Source: the human T2T-CHM13v2.0 reference genome, Homo sapiens. Taken from it: a stretch of 64,000 nucleotides of DNA. Of the stretch, positions 13,773 to 29,362 are shown piece after piece. A model generated the notes under the pieces. That model had not been told where the DNA came from. It searched no databases and was given only the letters and a program-made list of their open reading frames with translations. The stretch lies in the NCBI RefSeq assembly GCF_009914755.1, contig NC_060934.1. One strand, written 5' to 3'. Both the position numbers and the translations under genes were made by a program. The first letter of the stretch is position 1; every line of letters begins with the position of its first letter.

Positions 13773-14088
13773 TCACCACCACTATTACCTACCCACCTGC
13801 CTAAATCTGTGTTTCTATGCTTTGCCTCATCTTCAGTGAATATAGATAAACTGCCCTGTACCTCCTCCCTGTGGGCACTAGAGTACATCTGCTTTCACCC
13901 ACTCAAGGATAATCCTTCAGCAGTTTTCTCCTGTTTCGCATTCTCAATTTTTACCATTCTTCTGGGTTATTCCCATAGCCATGTAGTAATTACTTTCCTC
14001 TTAAAAGAAGCAGCATCTTCAACCCATGTCCTCTTTTCAGCTACTCTTCCACTTTTTTCTCCTACTGTGATGAAACTCTTGAGTTGTT

Positions 14089-14540
14089 GAGTGAAATAAG
14101 CCAGGCACAGAAAGATACATTCCACATGTTCTCACTCATATGTGGAAGCTAAAACAGTTGATTTCATAAAGGTAGTATAGAGTAGTGGTTACTAGAGGTG
14201 GGGATTGATTGGGGAAAGGGGAATAGCCAGAGGCTGGTGAAGGGATACAGAAGTACAGCTAGATAGGAGAAAGTCCTAGTGTTCTATAGCACTATAGGGT
14301 GACTATAATTTACAACAATCTATTGTCTATTTTCAAATAGCTAGAAGAGCGAATTTTGAATGTTTTCAACAAAAAAGTTGTTAGAGCTGATGGATATGCT
14401 AATTACCCTGATTTGATCATTACACATTTGATCATTACACATTGTATACATGTATTGAAATATCACATTTTATTCCATAAATATGTACATTAAAAATATT
14501 ATCATAGTGATTAAAAATATTATCATAGCAATAAAAAAAC
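14089..14540 (+). mobile_element. L1MA-type 3' end
   Basis: AGTGAAATAAGCCAGGCACAGAAAGA...GCTAATTACCCTGATTTGATCATTACAC...; lies within L2-like flanks. Confidence 0.8.
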
Positions 14541-14857
14541 TGTTTGGAAAGAGTGACCTATAATAATTTCCCCAAATTCCTCTCCTCCCATTTAATCTAC
14601 TCCAAGTAGGCTTTTTTGGCTGCTCTTGACAAAGTCACTAATAACCTTCACATCATTGCTATACGCAATGGCTGGTTAGTTTCTTAATCTCTTGGCTGCA
14701 TTTGTCATGACATAGTTGATCACTGTCTTTCTTCCCTCCCCTCCCCTCTGCTTCCCTTCCCTTCCCCCTTCACTTCCCTTCTCCCTTCCCCCTTTCCGTT
14801 CTCTTTCCTTTCTGTCTCTCTCTGTCTTTCTTTCTTTCCTTTTCTTGTACAGAGTTC

Positions 14858-15149
14858 TTTTCTCACTCTGTTATCCAGGCTGAAGTGCAGTGGTGTGATC
14901 ATTGCTCACTACAGCCTTGAACTCCTGAGCTCAAATGATCCTCCTGCTTCAGCCTCTCCAGTAGCTGAGACTACAGGCATGCGGCACCATGCCTGGCTAA
15001 TTAAAAACTATTTTTTCTTTTTTTTTTTTGTAAAGACAGGATCTCACTGTGTTGCCCAGACTGGTCTCAAATTCCTGGCCTCAAGTGATCCTCCTGCCTT
15101 GGCCTCCCAAAGTGCTGGGGTAACAGGCATGAGCCATCTTGCCCAGCTG
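14858..15149 (-). mobile_element. AluJ preceded by CT-rich tail (14725-14857)
   Basis: CACTACAGCCTTGAACTCCTGAGCTCAAATGATCCTCC is a J-type motif. Confidence 0.85.
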
Positions 15150-17558
15150 AATTCCTTTCTTAATTTAGTTTCTAGAACCCCATACTCTCCTGGCTTTCAT
15201 CCTGCTTCCCCAACCTCTCCACCACTTTTGCTTTTTGTCTTTCTGGCCTCTAAACACTGGAGTAACTCATGAATTCGGTTTCTATCTCCTCTCACTGCCT
15301 TGGTGCTCTTAATCCTGTATCATGGCTTTCAATTCTGTTGGTATCCACTGTCCTTGTGTACCTCTTGTGTATCCCCTTTTTCTGTGTACCATTTCAGATC
15401 CTCACTGCCTTTTTGTTCCAGCTCTGTGCGTATTGTTTGCTTGCTTTGCCTCCTGTCTCTATTTATGTCACCTGGGAACGTTTCTGATTATGCCACGCAG
15501 CCACACTTGTGCAGCCCAGCAGAGACGTTAACACTAATAGAAGGTGAAACCTGGTGGATAAATTCCTTTTTCTCACGTTTTGTCTCTCCCACGACAGGCA
15601 TTTTCACCATTCCATACCCTGGTGCTTCGTGTTTTTTACTCCTTCACAATTGTTCTAAGAATGGCAGTGAGCAAAGAAGGCCATTCCCATGTTCCTGTGA
15701 AATACACCAAATACAGCTTTAAGGAAAATATTACATATCTTATTATTAGATTCCAGAATTGTCAACAACAATCATATTCTGGTTAGATGCTCTCTCTAAA
15801 TATCTTTTGTGTTACATCCCATGAACTGTACACTTTTGTATTGTTTCATAAGCATCTTCTCTTCATAAGCATGTTTCTATAACATGTCCACACATAATAA
15901 ATGATGATATTTTTTTCTTTCTAACTCCACTTTCTTCTTTCTCAACTCTTACACATATAGTGTCTTTAATATAGGTGCAATTCCAACTTCTTTTGGTGAT
16001 TTATCTTTACATATTGAATCTTTCTGGTCTTTCTTCCATTTCTGCTTGTTTTTGTGAATTATCTGCCTTAAACTTACCTTTCAATGGCTTGCGAGTGTCT
16101 CTGACCCACGCTTTGTCATCTCAACCTCATGGCACAGACATCATATATTCTCTGACTTTAGATTTTATTCATCTGTAACTCTGAGAACTCCAAACAGATC
16201 TGGGCCTTTAAATGATGGAAGCAAAAGTAGCTTAGGGGAAAATGGAATGGTGAATAGACTGAGAAAGACCAGACATGTCTTTGTTTATCACTAAAGGGCA
16301 AAATAAAAAAAAATCATTTTTTATTTATTTGAAGATCTTCCTGTTCTCTTTCAAGCTTTTGAAACTCAATTCTATGAAGTTTTGCAATAACAATAAGCAG
16401 ATTATCCTGTTCTCCCTTCCCCTCACTCCTGTCTCTTCACTTCTGCTGGAGGACGAAGGTTAAAGGCCAAGTACAAAAGCAAATGTCAAGGCATTGCACA
16501 TCACCAAGATTTAATCACAACATTTGGCATATTCCATATCTGATTTGTTTGTCTAGCTTCTATCTTTAAGCCTACTGTGCCAGGTCCTCCATATGTCGTG
16601 TGGAGGGATAAGAGTTTTCGCCATTTGTTAGATAACAAAAGACGTGTAATTCCACTTCTCTTTTTTTCTAAACACACACCTACATGGATGCGCAATTTAT
16701 TTCATTTATTCATCCTCACATATTTCTTGAATGAATCACCTTAACATTAGAGTGTCACTCTTCTGATGTTGCCAAGTTGTTCAGACCTTACAACTTTCAT
16801 ATTTCCTTATATGCCAATTTTTTTTCTTTCTCTGTGTAATTATTATTTTTTGGTGCCACTTTTCCCTAGATGCCTTTGTCAAAAATGGACTCTCCAAACA
16901 TTACCAACAAAACCTAATGATAAGGCTAAGCTGATTGTATGCTTATTATGGAAAGGGAGAATGCTAAGTCATGAAGCTTTGGCAGTGTGTCACAGGAGGA
17001 AAGATAAGGTCAGTTATATCGAGAATTAGACATTTGAGTTAAGGCAGGTCTTTCAGTGCAAGGACTTGAGTAGAATTGGAACTGATGTAACAGTTCAGAA
17101 TTGATAGAAACAGCCAGATGAGGATTTTGAGGCAAAAATTCGAAGTATTTTAGAATGAAAATTCAAGGACAGTCCTGGAAGAGTAAGGAAATGCTAATGA
17201 AGACGTAATCTGTGGCTTTGGTTTCAATATCTAGGATGGATGTTGAAGGTGACAATCTTGTTCTCACCGTCTACTTTATGCACATTCTTGAAGAACTTAA
17301 ATGTCTAAAAATGTGCATTTTTTGGCATTCTTATCATGAACATGGAGATCATAATTTTCTTTCCACTGATGGGTATTTCCTAGTGTGGAATTTCAAAACA
17401 CTGGTCTCTTTGATTTTGTTGTGTTGTCAAGATATCCCTAATATATGAAACAATTTTACCTTCTAGCCTATTGCCATTTTTACAATGCCATTTATGGCTG
17501 CCATCCAAAAGTTTGCACACGCAATACCCTTGAATTAGTGTCCCAGTCTTCATTTTTA

Positions 17559-18072
17559 ATTTTAATTTTACTTTAATTTCTGGGATACATGTACAGAATG
17601 TGCAGGTTCGTTATATAGGTATACTTGTGCCATGGTGGTTTGCTGCATCTATCAACCCATCATCTAGGTTTTGACCTCTGCATGCATTAGGTTTTTGTTC
17701 TAATGCTCTCCCTCCCACTGCCCCCCACCTCCCAACAGGCCCTGATGTGTGATGTTCCCCTCCCTGTGTCCATGTATTTTCATTGTTCACCTCCCACTTA
17801 TGAGTGAGAATATGTGGTGTTTGCTCTTCTGTTCCCGAAGGATTATAAATCATTCTACTATAAAGACACATGCACATGTATGTTTATTGCAGCACTATTT
17901 ACAATGGCAAACACTTGGAACCAACCCAAATGCCCATCAGTGATAGACTGGATAAAGAAAATGGAGCACATATACACCATGGAATACTATGCAGCCACAA
18001 AAAAGGATGAGATCATATCCTTTGCAGGGACATGGATGAAGCTGGAAACCATCATTCTCAGCAAAGTAACTG
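17559..18072 (-). mobile_element. 5'-inverted (twin-primed) L1PA
   Basis: Minus 3'UTR 17559-~17835, then plus ORF2-end piece ~17836-18070. Perfect 14-bp TSD AGTCTTCATTTTTA at 17545-17558 and 18073-18086. Confidence 0.9.
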
Positions 18073-18525
18073 AGTCTTCATTTTTATGCTTTGGGGAAGT
18101 TTCACACTAGTTAAGTGAATAGTTCCTTTCTTGTGCTATAGGCATTAAAAAATACATTCTTACATGTGCAATGGTGAGAGGTCCTTCCATATGACTTATA
18201 CCTAATGGTTCTATTTCTGCTCTTTGGAACAACAGAGAACAAGGCTCAGCCGTCCTTTATAACTGTGTGATTTTCCTTAATTCATCTCTTCTTCTGCTGA
18301 ACTTTTTTTTTTTTTATCTTAGAACAAACATTTGGGTCACTTTGCCATCTTGATTGTTCTCTTGTTCTCTCTTTGAAATGCTTCACAATGTCAATGTTTC
18401 TCCCTAAGCAGAATACTCAGAACTAAACACAATTCTCAAAGTATTCCTGGTCACTTTCCATGAGGAGCAGAACTACAGCTTCCTTGGTCCTGGGTACTAT
18501 TTGTGAAACAAAAGATTGATTTACA

Positions 18526-18830
<305 letters not shown>

Positions 18831-19469
18831 CTAGATGCCATATCACACATTAAATCATCTAATGTTAATATCAAAAAAGACCCAGGAGTTTTGCCCAAGT
18901 GTTGCTGTGAGGCCACATGTGTTTCATATGCGGTAATACAGTCTAGGGGTTAAACACAGTCTTAGGATTGTTAAGATTTGGACCTTGGCTCTATTCACTA
19001 CCAGTTGTGCAAGTCTAGACAACTAATTAAGTCTTTGACCCTTAGTTTTTGAAATTTGAAAATAAAATGAAAAATCTACCTATTTCTTTGGATATTGTGA
19101 GGATTCATGCATGATAAGTCCTGAGACCAGTGCCTGGCACAGAACAGAAGCCTGATAAAAGTATTAGCATTTATTATATTTTAGGTAGCTCTATTTTTCA
19201 AAATGAAAATAGCCTTTTATTATAAAAATGATAAAAGTAAGTTACTTTAAACATCAATCTATAATAAAAAGAATAAAGAAAACGTAAAATTTTATTCCCC
19301 GGAGATTACCACTCTCAGAATTGTGCTCATCCTGTTTCAGACATTTCTGCGTGTCTACACACATACATTTGCAAAATTTTATAAAAGTAAATACTACACA
19401 TGATGTCTTGCATACTATTTATTGTATGAATACCTTTCACGTCAATTTTTACTGGTCACAGAAGTCAGT

Positions 19470-19680
19470 ACCTTTTTTCTAATAGCATAGATAACAAATA
19501 CTTTATTTAGCCTTGTGAGCCACATGCAGCCTATATTGCATATAGTCCTTTTGTTTTGTTGTTCTTGTTTGTTTTATGGTACTTTAAATATATAAAAACT
19601 ATTTCTTAGCTTGCATGCTATATAGAAACAGGACACAGGCCAAATTTGGCCTGCAGCCCATAGCATGGCAATCCCTCATC
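19470..19680 (+). mobile_element. MER58-like hAT DNA transposon fragment
   Basis: ...AAATACTTTATTTAGCCTTGTGAGCCACAT...GGCCAAATTTGGCCTGCAGCCCATAG... Confidence 0.5.
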
Positions 19681-20134
19681 TATATTATGATTTTTCAATA
19701 ACTACATTGGATACATATATCATATTCATAAACTTTTCAACTATTTACATTTTCCCTATTTTAAGAAACTCTGGGATAAAAATTTTATATGATTTTTTGA
19801 AAAATTTTGCTCTCTCCTTAGAGAAAATTTTAGAAGTGGAATTACTGGATTAAATTTTGATACATATTGAAACTATCTTTGAAGCTAGGTATATAATACA
19901 TTAAAGTAAGAGCCTGATTCTGTCATCTAAATTATTATTCGTTGTCTGTAGCTTCTAGTTATTGGAGAATGTCTTCAGAAGTTCTACATCTAATCTTTTT
20001 GTGAGGGCAGCAGAATAGTGTCCACTTTTACTTCGACAGCATGTATTTCAGAATTGTTTGAAACTTTTTAAACAAGTACTGAATTCTAAATAACTGTAGT
20101 TACAGCAAACATACATTTAAAAAATCTAAATCCT

Positions 20135-20525
<391 letters not shown>

Positions 20526-21183
20526 TTAACTACTCACACACATTCTTTGAACTATTGTGAAATATTTTCCTGGTCTGCAGTTTGTGGAGACCCCATTGTT
20601 TGTTTGCTGGGAGTACTTCCTCTTTGGGTCTACCCTGTCATGCCCTGGGGATACATTGATGAAGAAGATCTCACCCTTGTCCTCAGTTCTAGTGGGGAGC
20701 AGCCAAGCAGGTCAATATAACGCATTCTGATAATTAGCAGGAGATTCATACAAGCCAAGACTTTATTTGTATGGCAAACATATTCAAGCCCCTATCAGCT
20801 TCAAGATTCTGCAAAGATGCCTAACCGAACTCTTTAGGTTATCTTAATGCCCTGGAAGGTCTGAACTGATTGGGAGGCACTAATTATGACACTGCCATCT
20901 ACCCAATGGATGCAGACAGAGCTAACTTTATGGATAAATGAAAGTCTTAGACTTATATGGATTGAACAGAAAACTAAAAATGTAGACGGATCCATTTCAA
21001 TTAAGTAAGCTCCCAGCAATAGTGGCTCTGAATTCTGAGACCAGAGTATGAATTTTCTGTTTAACAGTTAAAATGAATGGGAAGGATAAACAAAATCAGC
21101 ATATTTTGATATTGAGAGAAATTTTCAAAAGTGATATTTCAAGAACATTGTGAAAGCATCATTATCTTAAGAAACTCTATGAT

Positions 21184-21562
<379 letters not shown>

Positions 21563-23377
21563 TCAGTGGAGATAAATCTTTCAGAAGTTTTTGAAAATAT
21601 TGCTCTAGGTGTGTTGTTGTCACTGAATATGTCACCTTCCATATCAAAGAGACAAAATGAGTTCTGGTCTTAAACAGACGGGTATTGTAGGAGCTGTGAT
21701 GGGATGAAATCAAACTTTCTTCCTGTGATCTATTTCAGCCTTTGAGACTGTATTTCATCACTTGAAAATAAGTCTGGTGCCATCTAAGTGTCTCCCCTGA
21801 GCCAGAAGCCACATTCTTACTACTAACTCTGACTTTCCTTGTTACTATGTGAAATTAGATTTTATACTGTGCTATCTTGTAATATAAAATTTTAAACATT
21901 TTCTTTATATTTTAATTGAAATTATATTTGTTAATATTTGATAAAATAAAAAATCATACATGTTACGTGAAAATTATCTGTAAGCCTACAATTTGGGGGA
22001 AATTTTGGAAGATAGTAATGAGAGCATCTTCTGCTTCTGGAATTACACCTGCAGAGGTGACAGGTTTTTATAGTGTTGTTGATTTTTTCTAAATAAAGTA
22101 TTCTCTGTATCTTCAACAGAGTTTCAGATAAGTTTTTAGTATGGGTTGAACCTATTAAAGCACGTATTTTATAGAACTAACTCATATGTAGTTCTTTAAA
22201 GTTTACTGTTAATTCCATGAAGTAGGGGCAAGATTGTAATTAGGTCTGTATGCCCAGCACCCCTGAATGCCTGATAAATAATATATATTTAACAACCCTT
22301 ATTTGGAACAATGGAGCTGTATTAGAGCTGCATATGTGATTTAGCTATAAAAATGAAACAATTGCAAGAAGACCAGGGTGAGATTCTTTTAAATTATTTA
22401 GAACGCTTTTTCAACATTTCATACACTTGCGTGAATTTCACTTTAAGTAGGATTCCTTTTCTAAACAAGGCAACAGTCATTGCCAGTGTTAAAGATTTCC
22501 TAAACTGCCAGCTTTGTTTGGTGTAGAGTTTTACCTGGGAATATCTATCATACTAAATCAGAGAGTGTTCTTCCCCTGTGTACCATTCATAATTTGATAC
22601 AGAATTAAATAAGTGAGGTAAACTCAGATAAAGTAATCTTGTAGGTGGCTGCTTTCTCCTCTTTCCCATCCCAGCGGTTATATAGGTGTGCAGTCTCAGA
22701 TTGTGGGAACTCTGGGGTGTCTTTCATTTAAGTCTGCTTGCTGTTTTGGCATGAGATCCCAATGCTTACACTTGAACGTCATGTATGCTAATTTCTCTTC
22801 TTCTATGATCTATGGGTCGATGAACACTGGCTGGTTGCTCAGCCTCAACTGTGTGATTCCCCACCCATTCTTGCCCCCACCCTGTTCATAATGAGAACAA
22901 CTATTACATAGACTACACCCTAAATGGAGAAGAACCTATTTCTTCCATCTTGCATTTGTTATATTTCTTAGGTTCTCTACCACCTTATTCTATTAAAGAA
23001 CCACTTTTAAATTCCAACAGAGACATTTTATTTCCAACAATCAGACTAGGATTTCCTATGACTTTCCAACAATACCGTCAGGCTGCTGTCAGCATTCTCA
23101 TTTTAGTTTGCTGAAAATTTATCTTACATAAAACATTCTTTTAAGTAGCTTTATATCAAAAATCATGAGGTAGTTGGTGGTTTAATGATAATTTTTAGAA
23201 AATATGTCTTTAAATTTAATAATTATAGAATAAAGCTTTCTTAAAACAAATTGAGTAGAGAAAGAGTAGACGTTAGAAAAGATCTGTGTTAAAATATACA
23301 TTTTCCCCCTTAAGTTCAAAATTTATACTTTATTAAATTCAAAATAAACATCAAATATATTAAAACAAAATAAACTG

Positions 23378-23875
23378 TATGTATTAGTTCAGATATTTTT
23401 GGTTGACAGGAAGAGAAAATCAGTCACAAAATCAGCTTGTGTAAGTGAAGAATCTCGGGTATAAATTCAGCTTTAGGCATAGCTGTATTTAGAGGCTTAT
23501 GCAGGGTCAACAGGAATTTATTCATCTTCGACTCCTGACTCAGCTAGCATCTGTGTTTGCCTCACTCTCAGAGTCTTCCCAAATGGTGCCCAAGAGGGCC
23601 ACTGGAAGATCTGGCCACATTGTCTTAGTTTAGCCAGGTCAGCAGGGGAGAGCACCTCTTCTATGATAGTTTCTGACACCCGGGAACTGCTCCTCCTTTG
23701 CCTGCCTTGGGTCACATGCTTATCTCTGAACCAATCACCAAGGCCAGGAAGATGCATAGACCTGACTGCTCTTGACTAAGACTTGTGCTAACACCTCCAA
23801 CTCCTGTGAAACCACCTAGGGGCTTAAAACCAGCTTGGGTGGTTTCTCAAAGAAAAACATCAGTATGTTATTGCC
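23378..23875. mobile_element. Old MLT1-type MaLR LTR
   Basis: TGTATTAGTTCAG...TTTGGTTG...AGAAAATC and TCTCTGAACCAATCAC...GGCCAGG motifs of old MLT1. Confidence 0.5.
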
Positions 23876-24079
23876 AAAAGGAGAAATATGCGCTGCAGAG
23901 GTACTCAAATAAACAAATAAAAAATGCCACTGATAATTAGAGGCAATCATTTTTATAATATAACATTTATTCATTTGTGTGTACATTTAATGAATATTTA
24001 TTGGGCACCAATATGTGGTGAATAATATATACTTAGCAGTGGAGATAAAAAGATAAAACATAATATAAAGCCCTTATAG

Positions 24080-24548
24080 GTTCCTCACAGCACTATTGAC
24101 AAAAGCAAAGACAGGGAATCACCCTGTGTGCTCATCAACAGCAGATTGGTTAAAGAAAATGTACATATACACCATGGAATAGTATGCAGCCAGTAAAAAG
24201 AAGGAATTCATGTCCTTTGTAACAATATGAATGCAGCTGGAGGCCATTATCCCTAAGCAAATTAAGGCAGAAACAGAAAATCAAATACTGCATGTTCTCA
24301 CTTATTAGTGGGAGCTAAACATTGGGTATTCGTGGACATAAAGATGACAACAGTAGACACTGGAGACTACCATAGGAGGGAGGGAGGCGGCAGGGTTAAA
24401 AAACTATTAGGTATTATGCTTATTACCTGGGTGGTAAAATCATTCATACCCCAAATCTTAGTGTCATACAATATACCCATGTAACAAATTTGCACATGCA
24501 CTCCCAAGCCTAAAATAAAAACGGAAATTATAAAAAATACAATAAATA
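24080..24548 (+). mobile_element. L1PB/old L1PA 3' end
   Basis: CACAGCACTATT...GGAATAGTATGCAGCC...ATGTTCTCACTTATTAGTGGGAGCTAAAC...AAAATAAAA; flanks ATAAAGCCCT / ATAAAGCTCT. Confidence 0.8.
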
Positions 24549-25391
24549 AAGCTCTAAAGAGGTCACAGTTTTGAAGTAGGAACTGGACACTGAAGCCAAC
24601 CACCAAGATGCAGTCTATAGCAGAAAGGTAAGCTGGCTATTATGGAAACAAACAAACAAAGTGGGAGGTAGCAGAAGTCAGGAATGGTTTTCTGAGGATG
24701 TTATGATAGTTGAGCCTTGAGGAATGAGCGGGAGTTATTCAGGCAGATAACTTAGAAGAAGGTATAGAAGGCAATGCAAGCAGCCTCCCTAATGTTAAAA
24801 CGCTTCGATTAATGACTCCTGGGAAGTTTCATAGTAATTATTGTGATATTGGCCCAATGCAACTTCCTTTTGCTTTATGTCAATGGTAACTCAGTGCTAA
24901 TTCAATATTCAAATTATTTATGGGTATTTCTGAAGATATTTGCGCTGTTTTTAAAAGAAGGTGTTCAGCTTCATAAGCCCCTCCAATTTTTTTCTTTCCA
25001 GTGACCTCAATAAATAAATGGATAAAAAAGGGATAAGTTGAAAGGTGAACTTGGAGCCAAAATAAGGGGTATTCTGACCCCTTCTGCTTTGATGATAGCC
25101 TCTGCTCTCACAAAGGCCATGCTTTTGACTAGAGAAGGATTTGTCTCTTGAGACTGCTCAACAGAGGGCCACAGAGGAACCCTCACACCAGATCCATCCC
25201 TGTATGGGATAGCCAGTGACAGAGCTCATGGGGCTGGCATGCCAAATGAGGCACTGATTTATTCATATACTGGCCTGATTCATTACATTTTGGTGCTTGG
25301 TGAAAGAAGAACTGGGCCATTCCTGGGCCATTCCATTGTTAACATTTTGGTTAATCAATATAGGGATGGAGTGAATTAAAAAAAAAATCTA

Positions 25392-25716
<325 letters not shown>

Positions 25717-26349
25717 CTAGAGAGGGGTCAGAGAAGCTTTGGGAAGGGTTAGAATCAAGCCATAGTTGAACAGTTGGGGAAGCAGAAGCCCAGCGTACGC
25801 TGCTGACATTCCCAGGAGTATATGATACAGCAAATCATCTTACTTTGAGAGTTATCTTCATTCCCAGTAAATTCATGAAAGTGTCAGAACCCTATATATC
25901 CACAGGGTTTATATACCCCTCTTATATATGGCTTCCACCAATTTAGAGAATCTGCTAATCCATGCTTAGGTATTTAGAGAACCTGCTAATCCATGCTTAC
26001 TAGAAGCTGTCATAAAAATTCTGTGTCTATAGAGGAGGAGCAAATGCCCTGTCCCGCAGGTGAGGCACTGAAAGAACTGCACACTACATGTGACTCAGTG
26101 GAGGCGAGCTGCTAGTGCTCTGAATTAAGATAGTGAAGATATATTGACGTCTTCTTGACTGAAAAAAAATTTCTAGAGTTCTCTCCTTATTGGAATAAAT
26201 AAGTCAATACATCTTCCATATTGATAGCTGTACGGGGGCTTTGCCAATGTATTCAGTAAAGAAACTATGATTGGGAGAGCACCTGTTTTCAGAGTCACAA
26301 TCTGATTATGCTTTTAATAATCCTCCATTATTTTTCAAGACCCATTCAA

Positions 26350-26630
26350 GTTTTGGAGCAAGGCCAGCAAATAGTTGTTCTCTTGAGAAATAGCTATTGG
26401 GTTCAGATAGCGACTAAACTCCTCACCACGAGGCACTAATGATCTTGCAACTTGAGCTGCTCAAAATAAATGGAATGTAATAAGATACACCAAGCTATAA
26501 ATTTGAGTGTGCCAAGCAGCACTCCATCATCAATGGAGTGATACAAGGTTCAGTAAAACAGTATATACCAGTCTTAAACAGGCCATGAAGTCTCAAATAA
26601 ATTCCAAAAGCAGATAGCTCACACTCCCAG
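26350..26630 (+). mobile_element. ERVL internal (pol/RNase H region) remnant
   Basis: TTTTGGAGCAAGGCC...TTGAGAAATAGCT...CTTGAGCTGCTC...CACCAAGCTATAAATTTGAGTGTGCCAAGCAGCACTCCATCATCAATGG resembles ERV-L pol (FWSKA...EKQL...ELP...PS.K.G.AQQHSIIKW), heavily degraded. Confidence 0.55.
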
Positions 26631-26904
26631 GAGGTCTGTACAAAATGCCTTATCACTTACATATTTTTTTGCTTTCTAAATTTTTCACTTTTATGTTTTT
26701 TTAAATTTCTTTTTTTATTTTCTGGTTTTGCACTGAATGGCATGGCTATCAGAGAAATGTCATCTGTGTAATACTGGGTCTTTGAGATATTTCGAATCTA
26801 GTTTTAGAAACTAGTATTTTATTTGCATGCATTCTTGTTTGATGCAGAATTTAAAACATATTCATTAGGGGCTGTTGGGAAAAAACACTCTCAGATTTCT
26901 AAAA

Positions 26905-27364
26905 AATTTAATTTATTTAATTTTATTTGTTTTAAGTTCTGGGGTACATGTGCAGGATATGCAGGTTTGTTATGTAGGTAAACGTGTGCCATGGTGGTTT
27001 GTTGCACTTGTCAACCCATCACCTAAGTATTAAGCTCCATTTGCATTAATTATTTATGCTGATGCTTTTCCTCCCCCATCCACTCCAACAGGCCACAGTG
27101 TGTGTTGTTCCCTTCCCTGTGTCCGTGTATTTTCATCATTCAGCTCCCACTTATAAGTGAGAACATGCAGTGTTTGTTTTTCTGTTCCCGGGTTAGTTTG
27201 CTGAGGTTAATGGCTTCCAGATCTGCTCGGGTCCTGCAAAGGACATGATCTCATTCCTTTTTATGGCTGCATAGGATTCCATGGTGTATATGTACCACAT
27301 TTTCTTTATCCAGTCTGTCATTGATGGGAATTTCAGTTGATTCCATGTCTTTGGTATTGTGAAT
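26905..27364 (-). mobile_element. L1PA 3' end (older L1PA)
   Basis: TTTTAAGTTCTGGGGTACATGTGCAGG...CTCCCACTTATAAGTGAGAACATG...; degraded TSD AACACTCTCAG / AACATTCTCAG. Confidence 0.85.
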
Positions 27365-27987
27365 AACATTCTCAGTTTTTAATTGTCCCCAAATTTCTTA
27401 ATTTTGTTCCCTATTATGACTAAACACTTAGTTTGCTGCTCAGTTTAAGTCCAAGTGTAATTTTTTAATCATCCCTATGGAAACATAATTCCACCATCTG
27501 CTTGCTTGCATTGTTCTTGTTGAGAAGTTAATTGCTGGTCTAAATAATATTTCTTTGTAGGTAATATGTTTTGTCTCCCTAATTGATTTTAAGAATTTTT
27601 ATTTTCTTGGTAATTTTTCTGTTTAACTACAAAATATCTAGCTGCATATGTTTTCAATTTCTTCTGTACTCTGATTCTTAGAGTGCATGTTTTCTTAATT
27701 TTTGAAAAATTTATATTTTCATTAATTCCATTTATATATTAATAGAGTATCATTTATTAATAATATATTCATATTATATATTCACATATATATTATTCAT
27801 ATAAGTCATATATTATTTATATATCAATCAATATATTGATGATCATATGATTTATAATTAATATATATATTTATATATATAATTAATATATATTGCCCCT
27901 CCCTATTTTCTCCTTAATCTCCCCCGTCAACTTTATGTAGTCATGTAGTCATATGTTAGACCTGTCATTCTATGTTCCAGGTTTCTT

Positions 27988-28281
<294 letters not shown>

Positions 28282-29362
28282 TAGGTCCCAGGTTTCTTAA
28301 ACTATATATGCTTAATATTTTCTATACATCTCTATTGCCTTTCATGTAATTTATTTGTATCTACCTTGCAATTCATTAAATGCTATATTCACGTCGATTT
28401 TTTTCTGTATTCACTTCTATTTTTTCTTTGTTATTTTTCTTTTCTATAGTTATATTTTTAATTATTCTTTAACAAAATTGCGGTTGGTTATTTTGTTAGT
28501 TTATTGTTCATTGTGCATAATTTTACAATTTAATCTTTTAGAATATTTGATAGTTATTTTATATTCTCTATCTCACAATGCCAGTGGACAACTTTGAGTG
28601 TCTACTTCTGCCTCTGCTCGTTTGATTGTTTTGCCTCTGAGTCATAGAGGCTTCCTTCCTGTATACCAGTTAATTTTTCACTTGAGCTCTTATTTAGATG
28701 ATCATAATTTATAGGAGTTCTGAAGGGCCTTGTTGAAGGTGCCAGGAATTTTTCCATAGCAAATTCTTCCTCTGGCTTTATGCAAAGATATTCATTCTAA
28801 TTCTTCATTTATGCGGGTTCAAGTCCTTTTATCACAGTTCCCAGTTCATCTTTTAAGATTTAGGGGTCTGGATTTCTTTTATCTGCAAATGTGTCTTCAG
28901 GCTTTAGTCATCATTTCTTCTTGCATCTCAAACCTTTATTCAATGCTTATTTTACATTAATCCTGGAATTTTCTTTAAAATATTCTTGAACATGATGTTT
29001 TAGTAATAAACTCTCTTTTGTGTCGCCTCTATATCCTCCAATCTCCTTTTCAGCTTTGGAAATTGGCTTTATATTTTGCAAGCTCAGAACTTGGTTATAT
29101 ATTTAAGAGCATTTTATATCCCATTCCATCCAACATATAGATTTTCTGTAGTTAGATAGTTGGGTTTTTTAAAAATAGAAAATGTAATCAACCATTCTTG
29201 CCAAAACTAGAAGTAATGTGTGTACACATTTTGTAAGTGCCTTTATACATCCTTCCCTATGTTTGAAATTTTTTAATGTCAGGGACATGGCTTTATTATT
29301 CATTGTATCTCTTCTGTCTTCCTTTTACCTATCTCCAATATTTAGCATAAAATAGTTGCTCA

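Noticed and set aside
15269-15786. Overlapping ORFs up to 140 aa in apparently unique sequence
   Set aside because: No recognisable protein features; the longest starts at a non-ATG codon, the composition is pyrimidine-rich, and there is no convincing splice-site pair.
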